In this document: piece by piece, positions 1 to 4,999 of the stretch
Layout: every line of letters begins with the position of its first letter
How positions within the stretch are numbered: position 1 is the first letter of the stretch
IMG/VR virus record: IMGVR_UViG_3300020030_000076
Span: 1-6,096 of that record
DNA length: 6,096 bases
Source of the DNA: a virus
Strand: one strand, 5' to 3'
Notes under the pieces: generated by a model
What the model was told of the DNA's origin: nothing
The model's input: the letters and a program-made list of their open reading frames with translations, nothing else
Database searches by the model: none
Translations under genes and position numbers: made by a program

Positions 1-117
1 ATTATCATATCTTATTATTCACAAACTCGGAAGAAGTCTCAAAGGTATTACGATACTGTCACGATAAGAGTTGGAAATTCGGTCGTTCAGATTTCCAGAT
101 TGCCCGAGGTGGAGCTT
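1..117. repeat. Terminal redundancy, copy 1. Exact duplicate of 5980-6096, which marks a circular genome assembly.
   Basis: I compared the two ends base by base. attatcatatcttattattcacaaactcgg...gcccgaggtggagctt occurs at 1-117 and again at 5980-6096. The offset is 5979, a multiple of 3, so the Rep reading frame is preserved across the junction. Confidence 0.97.
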
Positions 118-1007
118 CTTCATACGTTTCGAGTTACGTTAATAGCCTTAGTTCTGCTCCCTTATTATATCGCTCATGCCGTGCGTTTAAACCCCGCTCG
201 AGAGCGTCTCTCGGATTCTTTGAGAAAGGTTGCGATCTCGTGGAAGGTGAAGAACCTTATGCGCAGATTGAGCAAAAAATCGATTCTGTCGTTAATGGAA
301 GAATCTACAACTTCAACGGCCTTAGTATTCGGTCAACTCCACCCATGTCGTATCTCCGTACCTTATTGCCCCGATTCTCGTCTGCTCGCAATGACGATAG
401 TATTGCGATTGCTCGAGTTCTTCGTGCTGTACACTCAGCGCCAAAAAGAATTGCAAAATACGGATTCATCGACTATAAACAGGATTCAGTCTTAAGTCTT
501 GTTCGTACTTATTATCAATATCTTAAGGTTAACCCTATTCTTACTGACGATGATAAGATTATACTACATTCTGCTAGGTGTCTTACTAGGTTCTGTAACA
601 GTTCTAGTGATGTCGATATTGAATCTTATATTAATAAGCTATATCGGTTATTCTTATATGTCTATAAGTTCTTCCGTAACTGGCATTTGCCTTCCTTTGG
701 CTGTAATATTGATTCTTATGCCGGTCGTATTATGTTTATTCTTAAAAAAGGTATAGAGTATGAGAAGAAAAAAAATTATGAAAGTTTACGAAATGTATTC
801 AACATACGCTCCGCTAACCCGAGCATATCGGATTGTATGTTTGCGTTGCCTGCGAACGGGCAGGAGCGTGATGTCTTGTCAGATGTTTCATGTGAAACGG
901 TTCAACTCCTTGAGCAACTCCGGTTCCGTAGTTCGACATTCTGTCGTGATATGATTAAACACAAGAAACTTAATGATGCTAATGGTGTTTTCAACCGTAT
1001 GGTTTAA
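1..1007 (+). CDS. VP4: Replication initiation protein VP4, C-terminal part. Same gene as 5307-6096, joined through the circular junction.
   Basis: The frame with codons starting at 3, 6, 9... is open from the window start to the TAA at 1005-1007 and is in phase with 5307. It reads YHILLFTNSEEVSKVLRYCHDKSWKFGRSDFQIARGGASSYVSSYVNSL... The Tyr pair Y-x3-Y (YVSSYVN, codons 123-125 and 135-137) mirrors the phiX174 gpA active-site YVAKYVN arrangement. The track ORF 240..1007 is only the tail of this gene, called from an internal GTG. The full protein is 559 aa. Confidence 0.9.
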   Translation, partial: YHILLFTNSEEVSKVLRYCHDKSWKFGRSDFQIARGGASSYVSSYVNSLSSAPLLYRSCRAFKPRSRASLGFFEKGCDLVEGEEPYAQIEQKIDSVVNGRIYNFNGLSIRSTPPMSYLRTLLPRFSSARNDDSIAIARVLRAVHSAPKRIAKYGFIDYKQDSVLSLVRTYYQYLKVNPILTDDDKIILHSARCLTRFCNSSSDVDIESYINKLYRLFLYVYKFFRNWHLPSFGCNIDSYAGRIMFILKKGIEYEKKKNYESLRNVFNIRSANPSISDCMFALPANGQERDVLSDVSCETVQLLEQLRFRSSTFCRDMIKHKKLNDANGVFNRMV

Positions 1008-1025
1008 TTTAAATATTAATTAATT

Positions 1026-2765
1026 ATGAGTGATTTTAATCCTTTAGACCGAGCTAAAATTCCTACCCATCGGTCCTCTTTCGACTTAAGTTCGAAGAAG
1101 TTGTTTACAGCCAAAGTAGGTGAAATCCTTCCTTGCTATTGGCAGATTGCTATTCCCGATACTAAGTATCGTATTTCGTCTGACTGGTTTACGCGTACTG
1201 TTCCTGTTAATACCGCTGCATATACCCGTATTAAGGAGTATTACGATTTCTACGCTGTACCGTTGCGTCTGATTTCTCGTGCACTTCCACAGGCATTCAC
1301 TCAGATGAGTGACTATATGACTAGTGCTGCTAGTTCTACTGCGAATACATCTGCACTTACTTCTGTACCCAATGTTACTCAGAATTTGTTTAATCTTTTC
1401 CTTCAGTCAGCTAATGCTGGTGACCAGACCAACACTCGTGACGATGCAGGGCTCCCTATCGTCTATGGTTCTTGTAAATTGCTTGATTTGCTTGGTTATG
1501 GCTCTATGATTGCACCTTCCAATACTGGTAAGGCTGCTATTACTAAGAAGTATTTAGGTGTTGATAATCTTGGTGATGCTGATAATCCTCTGGTTTATCA
1601 GACTTCGCAGACAGTCAATGCTCTTCCATTCCTTGCCTATCAGAAGATTTATTATGATTTTTTCAGTAATTCTCAATGGGAAAAACATAAGGCTTATGCT
1701 TATAATGTAGACTATTGGTCTGGAACTGGTGCTATTGGATTGGTTACGGATATGGTTCAGCTTCGTTATGCGAATTATCCGAAGGACTATTTCATGGGTA
1801 TGCTTCCATCTTCTCAGTATGGTTCGGTAGCTGTTTTGTCTGGTGTATTGTCCCCTTCTGATAACCCGTCCCGTGTTTTTGCTTGTACTTCCGATACTGA
1901 TTCTGTTGGCTCTATTTTGAATCCTGTCTCTTCTAATACAGTTTTTACTAATGATACTTCTGCCTCTGTTCGCTATGCTACTCTTAATTCTGACCTTTCC
2001 GCCCTTTCGATTCGTGCAACTGAATACCTTCAGCGCTGGAAAGAGGTAGTTCAATTCTCTAGTAAGGACTATTCAGACCAGATGGCTGCTCAGTTTGGTA
2101 TTAAGGCTCCCGAATACATGGGCAACCATGCGCATTATATTGGAGGCTGGTCTAGTGTTATTAATATCAATGAAGTGGTTAATACTAATCTTGATACTGA
2201 TTCTTCGCAGGCTTCTATTGCCGGTAAAGGAATTTCAAGTAATTCTGGCCATACTCTTACTTATGATTGTGGTGCTGAGCATCAGATTATTATGTGTGTA
2301 TATCATGCTGTACCTATGTTGGATTGGAATTTAACAGGTCAGGCTCCTCAGCTGACTGTTACTGCTATATCTGACTTTCCTCAACCTGCATTTGACCAGC
2401 TTGGTATGCAGTCTGTCCCTGCTCTTAATCTTCAGAATAATCCAAGTCGAAATGTTTCCGGCGCTCTTGGTTATAATCTTCGTTATTGGCAGTGGAAGTC
2501 CAATATTGATACCGTCCATGCTGGATTTCGCGCTGGTGCTGCTTATCAGTCTTGGGCTGCTCCTCTTGATGGTTGGCAGGTACTGACTTCCGGTGGTGCT
2601 TGGTCTTATCAATCCATGAAGGTTCGTCCTCAGCAATTGAATTCTATTTTCGTTCCTCAAGTTGATGCTACGAACTGTTCTGTTGCATTTGACCAGTTAT
2701 TATGTAATGTTAATTTTCAAGTATATGCTGTTCAGAACTTGGATAGAAATGGTTTACCTTTTTAA
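1026..2765 (+). CDS. VP1: Major capsid protein (Microviridae VP1 / F-like)
   Basis: 579-aa ORF and the largest gene. Its N-terminus, ...HRSSFDLSSKKLFTAKVGEILPCYWQIAIPDTKY...YTRIKEYYDFYAVPLRLI, matches the conserved N-terminal block of Microviridae VP1/F proteins. Third-position T bias is strong. The AT-rich leader has no Shine-Dalgarno sequence. Confidence 0.93.
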   Translation: MSDFNPLDRAKIPTHRSSFDLSSKKLFTAKVGEILPCYWQIAIPDTKYRISSDWFTRTVPVNTAAYTRIKEYYDFYAVPLRLISRALPQAFTQMSDYMTSAASSTANTSALTSVPNVTQNLFNLFLQSANAGDQTNTRDDAGLPIVYGSCKLLDLLGYGSMIAPSNTGKAAITKKYLGVDNLGDADNPLVYQTSQTVNALPFLAYQKIYYDFFSNSQWEKHKAYAYNVDYWSGTGAIGLVTDMVQLRYANYPKDYFMGMLPSSQYGSVAVLSGVLSPSDNPSRVFACTSDTDSVGSILNPVSSNTVFTNDTSASVRYATLNSDLSALSIRATEYLQRWKEVVQFSSKDYSDQMAAQFGIKAPEYMGNHAHYIGGWSSVININEVVNTNLDTDSSQASIAGKGISSNSGHTLTYDCGAEHQIIMCVYHAVPMLDWNLTGQAPQLTVTAISDFPQPAFDQLGMQSVPALNLQNNPSRNVSGALGYNLRYWQWKSNIDTVHAGFRAGAAYQSWAAPLDGWQVLTSGGAWSYQSMKVRPQQLNSIFVPQVDATNCSVAFDQLLCNVNFQVYAVQNLDRNGLPF

Positions 2766-2775
2766 TTAATTGATT

Positions 2776-3219
2776 ATGAGAAGTTTTGCTTATAAAAATC
2801 CCGATTATATTAAGAATGAGGTTGTTCCCGAGTTAATTGAGGATAACCCGTGTTATCAGCAGTCTGCATATGATTCAGTCATGTACGATGAAACTCCAGA
2901 CGGTGATTTGATTCAAGCTGATATGACCCAGATTTTGCTGAATCAGGAAAAATATCGTCGTTTGCTTGGTGATATGAACGTTCAGAATATCCTTGCCCAG
3001 ATGCATCCTACTCAGTCTACTGTTATGGATGGTATGACTGATGAAGAACGGTTTAATTGTGTTATTTCTCGTCATTGTCAGACGATGTCTGAAAGACAAG
3101 CTGTTCTTCAACAGCTGGCTGATGAGAAGTCTGAACTTTCTAAATATGCTGAAGCTATGTTGGCCGAGCAGAAGTCAGAGCCCGTTCCTGCGCCCGCCCC
3201 TGACACCGTTGCTCAATGA
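2776..3219 (+). CDS. Small acidic protein, possibly the internal scaffolding protein (VP3-like). Function not proven.
   Basis: The track ORF 2770..3219 starts at a TTG. The first ATG is at 2776 (MRSFAYKNPDYIK...). The gene is about 147 aa, sits between VP1 and VP2, and shows the same codon bias. Its stop overlaps the VP2 ATG (ATGA at 3216-3219). I recognise no diagnostic motif, so the VP3 label rests on size and position only. Confidence 0.55.
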   Translation: MRSFAYKNPDYIKNEVVPELIEDNPCYQQSAYDSVMYDETPDGDLIQADMTQILLNQEKYRRLLGDMNVQNILAQMHPTQSTVMDGMTDEERFNCVISRHCQTMSERQAVLQQLADEKSELSKYAEAMLAEQKSEPVPAPAPDTVAQ

Positions 3220-4331
3220 GGTTCTATGATATTGGAGAAAGCCCCTTAATGGGGCTCTCCGAGAAGCATATTGCTCCGCTCGTTCTTGGAGGCATTATCG
3301 CTGCCGGTGCTTCACTTGCTGGTAATGCTATTGGAGCGTCGTCTCAGAATAAGACTAACCAGACTAGTATTGATATTAATCGTGAGAATAATGCGTTTAA
3401 TGCTCAGCAGGCCCAGATTCAGCGTGACTGGCAAGAAAAAATGTGGGGAATGAATAATTCTTACAATTCCCCCAATGCGATGATTTCTCGTGGCTTGAAC
3501 CCGTTTGTCCAAGGCTCTGCTGCTATGGCTGGTTCTAGGTCTCCCGCTTCTGGTGGTGCTGCTGCTTCTGCTGCTTCTGCCCCTAGTTTACAGGCTTTTC
3601 GTCCCGACTTTTCGGATGTCGGTACTGCTCTTGCTTCTATGGCACAGGCTCGTGCTGCTATGATTAATGCTGAGCAGAATGCTGCTCTTACTCCGTATAA
3701 GATGCAGCAGATTTTAGGCGATACCAATTATCGTAATATTGGTGTTGGCCAGTCTGGCTATTGGAATGCATCTACTGGTAGAAAGTCCGCTTTGCTTGAC
3801 CAGTCTAAGGAATATCAGGAACTTAAGAATATGGAGTTTGCCGGTCGTCTTACTTCAGCTCAAGAATCCCAGATTCTACTCGATTCTCAAGCTCAACAGA
3901 TATTGAGTAAGTATCTTGATGAACAACAGCAGGCTGATTTGTTTATTAAAGGTCAGACTTTGGCTAATCTTTATGCTCAAGGCGCTCTTTCTGAAGCACA
4001 GTACAAAAATCAGATGGCCCAAGCTGTTAAGACTTCCGCTGAAACGAACGGTATTCGTATTAGTAACAGGATTGCTGAGCAGACGGCTGATTCATTGATT
4101 TATGCTAATATTCAAGCTAATCGTGCTCGTGGTCTGTCTTCTCTATGGGATTCTAAGAATACCAACGTTCTTAAGAATATAGAATATTCTAAGGATAAGG
4201 CTTTGCGTGATTATTATAAGTGGAGTTCTAAACAGAAACAGAAGGACGTTAACTCTTATGAATTGCGTAATGCCCTTGATTACGGTACTCGTGTTTTTCA
4301 AGGTGTTGGTAACAGTATCGGTAGAAAGTAG
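3216..4331 (+). CDS. VP2: Minor capsid / DNA pilot protein (Microviridae VP2, H-like)
   Basis: 371-aa ORF. It has an N-terminal hydrophobic Gly/Ala segment (IAPLVLGGIIAAGASLAGNAIGA), followed by NAFNAQQAQIQRDWQEKMWGMNNSYNSPNAMISRGLNPFV, an Ala/Ser/Gly-rich linker and a Gln-rich helical C-terminal half. This is the typical VP2 architecture. The start is ambiguous. The ATG at 3216 overlaps the upstream stop. An in-frame ATG at 3249 is preceded by GGAG (3234-3237). Confidence 0.85.
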   Translation: MRFYDIGESPLMGLSEKHIAPLVLGGIIAAGASLAGNAIGASSQNKTNQTSIDINRENNAFNAQQAQIQRDWQEKMWGMNNSYNSPNAMISRGLNPFVQGSAAMAGSRSPASGGAAASAASAPSLQAFRPDFSDVGTALASMAQARAAMINAEQNAALTPYKMQQILGDTNYRNIGVGQSGYWNASTGRKSALLDQSKEYQELKNMEFAGRLTSAQESQILLDSQAQQILSKYLDEQQQADLFIKGQTLANLYAQGALSEAQYKNQMAQAVKTSAETNGIRISNRIAEQTADSLIYANIQANRARGLSSLWDSKNTNVLKNIEYSKDKALRDYYKWSSKQKQKDVNSYELRNALDYGTRVFQGVGNSIGRK

Positions 4332-4409
4332 TCATTCTTCAGGACTAGAAGCCCATCGTGGCGTTTGAGCGATATACACCCGCTGCCCGCGTAGGGCCTG
4401 ATCGAAAAA

Positions 4410-4457
4410 CGGAGCGGAGCGACTTCCTTATAGGAGCGCCCCGCTCCGGTATTTTAG
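4410..4457 (+). terminator. GC-rich extended hairpin followed by a T-tract. Candidate intrinsic terminator of the capsid-gene transcript, or alternatively a structural element of the ssDNA.
   Basis: cggagcgg (4410-4417) pairs perfectly with ccgctccg (4441-4448). Inner pairs are gcg (4419-4421) with cgc (4437-4439) and cttc (4423-4426) with ggag (4433-4436, including one G-T pair), with a 6-nt loop. The hairpin is followed by gTATTTTag (4449-4457). It lies about 80 nt after the VP2 stop. Confidence 0.45.
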
Positions 4458-4473
4458 CACGTAGGTGCGCAAA

Positions 4474-4496
4474 GGCAAGACAGTTTCTGCCTTGCC
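4474..4496 (+). other. Second hairpin in the intergenic core
   Basis: ggcaag-a-cag ttt ctg-c-cttgcc gives 6+3 bp with one A/C mismatch and a 3-nt loop. It is flanked by gcac (4457-4460) and gtgc (4497-4500), which could close a larger structure. Confidence 0.5.
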
Positions 4497-4562
4497 GTGC
4501 CTATACACCCCTGTATACATTCACTTGTTAATTAAGCGAAGCCCCTAGTTGTGTGCGAAGCA

Positions 4563-4585
4563 AATTCGAGTTATCCTCTCGAATT
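4563..4585. repeat. Perfect 8-bp inverted repeat AATTCGAG / CTCGAATT with a 7-nt loop
   Basis: Read directly: aattcgag (4563-4570), ttatcct, ctcgaatt (4578-4585). It is followed by the pyrimidine-rich stretch ctccatttcttgtct. Confidence 0.6.
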
Positions 4586-4651
4586 CTCCATTTCTTGTCT
4601 ATAAACGCACAACTCACACTCTACGGTAGAATCTAAAAAAAAGAGATTTCT

Positions 4652-4682
4652 TTTGGATTTATGAAAATAGTTCGTATATTTG
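4652..4682 (+). promoter_or_regulatory. Bacteroidetes-type (sigma-ABfr-like) promoter: -33 TTTG and -7 TAnnTTTG
   Basis: TTTG at 4652-4655 and TATATTTG at 4675-4682 are separated by 19 nt. An upstream A8 tract lies at 4635-4642. In a by-eye scan of the window I found no other TAnnTTTG match. It sits about 50 nt upstream of the first ATG of the small-ORF/Rep gene string. Confidence 0.55.
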
Positions 4683-4731
4683 CCCCAGTTAGAAGTTACA
4701 ACTATTATTAACCCTTTAAATTTTTACAATT

Positions 4732-4926
4732 ATGCAAAAGTTTATTATTTCAGTTAAAGAAAAAAATACTGGTCGTGATGTTATCTCGCCTTATCTCGTT
4801 AATTCTCTCGCAGGTCTTGGACATTATTCTGAGCAACTTTCTCCGATGGGTCTTATTATTATTGTGGATTCGATTAAAGAAGAGGATGATTTTGTTGACC
4901 TTAAATCTCAAAGTAATGAAAACTAG
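4732..4926 (+). CDS. Hypothetical 64-aa protein with an acidic C-terminus
   Basis: ATG at 4732 and TAG at 4924-4926. Third-position T bias is very strong (ttt att att ... ggt cgt gat gtt ...), matching the other phage genes. It is the first ORF after the promoter. I recognise no motif. Confidence 0.6.
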   Translation: MQKFIISVKEKNTGRDVISPYLVNSLAGLGHYSEQLSPMGLIIIVDSIKEEDDFVDLKSQSNEN

Positions 4927-4999
4927 TAATATTTGGAAAATTGTAATTGGAGCTGTTTCTGCTGCTCTAGGTTATATTCTTAATTCTATTGGATTATGA
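4916..4999 (+). CDS. 27-aa single-pass membrane peptide (MKTSNIWKIVIGAVSAALGYILNSIGL). Candidate holin-like or lysis accessory peptide.
   Basis: ATG at 4916-4918. The start overlaps the orf64 stop by 11 nt, and the stop overlaps the peptidase start (ATGA at 4996-4999). From 4916 onward this frame carries the genomic third-position-T bias (act agt aat att ... gct gtt tct gct gct). Upstream of 4916 the same frame (track ORF 4775..4999) has T at codon position 2 and overlaps orf64, so it is probably not coding there. Confidence 0.5.
   Translation: MKTSNIWKIVIGAVSAALGYILNSIGL

Larger units (their letters stand above)
4373..4510. repeat. 9-bp direct repeat TATACACCC (4373-4381 and 4502-4510) bracketing a 120-nt GC-rich, hairpin-dense core
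   Basis: Both copies were read directly. The core 4382-4501 contains 72 G+C out of 120 by hand count (60%). A sampled coding stretch (1021-1080) gave about 37%. A second nested direct repeat, GAAGCCC, lies at 4348-4354 and 4538-4544, and each copy is adjacent to CTAG. Confidence 0.8.

Noticed and set aside
1-117. Terminal repeats as biological direct terminal repeats, LTRs or a duplicated gene fragment
   Set aside because: The repeat is perfectly identical and in frame, and it sits in the middle of a single rep gene whose halves lie at opposite ends of the window. Microviridae have circular ssDNA genomes. Assembly overlap of a circle is the simplest explanation.
100-495. 131-aa alternative-frame ORF inside rep (track 100..495), a possible gene B/K-like overlapping gene
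   Set aside because: It starts at a TTG, its first ATG is far downstream, it has no motif and no codon-bias support. It is most simply a chance open frame in the somewhat GC-richer middle of rep.
499-756. Highly hydrophobic + strand alternative-frame ORFs that could be phiX174 E-like embedded lysis genes: 499..756, 1324..1509, 2095..2334, 2392..2586, 3271..3453, 3916..4098 and 5596..5856
   Set aside because: The genome has T-rich third codon positions. Shifting the frame puts T at codon position 2, which automatically yields Leu/Ile/Val/Phe-rich pseudo-TM ORFs. Many such ORFs appear throughout. Several start at TTG or GTG only, and none shows the genomic T3 bias. I cannot exclude one being real, but nothing distinguishes any of them from background.
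1554-2054. Minus-strand ORFs in the track: 1554..2054, 2331..2660, 2875..3111, 3312..3512, 3461..3727 and 5358..5825
   Set aside because: All lie antisense to well-supported + strand genes (VP1, VP3-like, VP2, Rep). They are rich in Arg/Ile/Asn/Ser as expected for the complement of T3-biased codons, and carry no recognisable motif. Microviridae genomes are transcribed from one strand. 3461..3727 is simply the antisense of the GCT/GCC-rich Ala/Ser linker of VP2.
4398-4409. Hammerhead-ribozyme-like core fragments (CTGAT...CGAAA in cctgatcgaaaaac)
   Set aside because: The conserved CUGAUGA box is incomplete, and there is no stem II between the boxes. I could not place a cleavage-site triplet with stems I and III. 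The resemblance is only a few nucleotides.
4464-4491. dif/XerCD-like site: GGTGCGCA (4464-4471) is identical to the first 8 nt of the XerC arm of E. coli dif. This is attractive because microvirus proviruses in Bacteroidetes have been proposed to use host Xer-type recombination.
   Set aside because: Only the 8-mer matches. The following bases (aag gcaaga cagtttctgcc) do not resemble the central region or the XerD arm (TTATGTTAAAT), and the E. coli dif sequence is not the relevant consensus for a Bacteroidetes host. It is kept only as something a BLAST against host dif regions could revisit.
4578-4590. Possible tRNA 3' fragment or attP core (ctcgaattctcca resembles a T-loop TTCGAAT plus a CCA-like end)
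   Set aside because: The T-loop consensus is not met (C where T54 should be). There is no matching T-stem or 7-bp acceptor complement. No cloverleaf can be drawn anywhere in 4332-4731.
4661-4711. 16-codon mini-ORF MKIVRIFAPVRSYNYY in the AT-rich leader
   Set aside because: It overlaps the putative -7 promoter element, so most of it would lie upstream of or at the transcription start. It is too short to evaluate and has no supporting codon bias.
4775-4915. Longer 73-74-aa version of the TM ORF (track 4775..4999), which would look like a two-TM class II holin
   Set aside because: Upstream of 4916 this frame overlaps orf64 almost completely. It has T at codon position 2 rather than position 3, whereas the orf64 frame carries the coding-type bias. 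Only the last 27 codons (from the ATG at 4916) look coding. It remains an alternative to test if the lysis module is examined.
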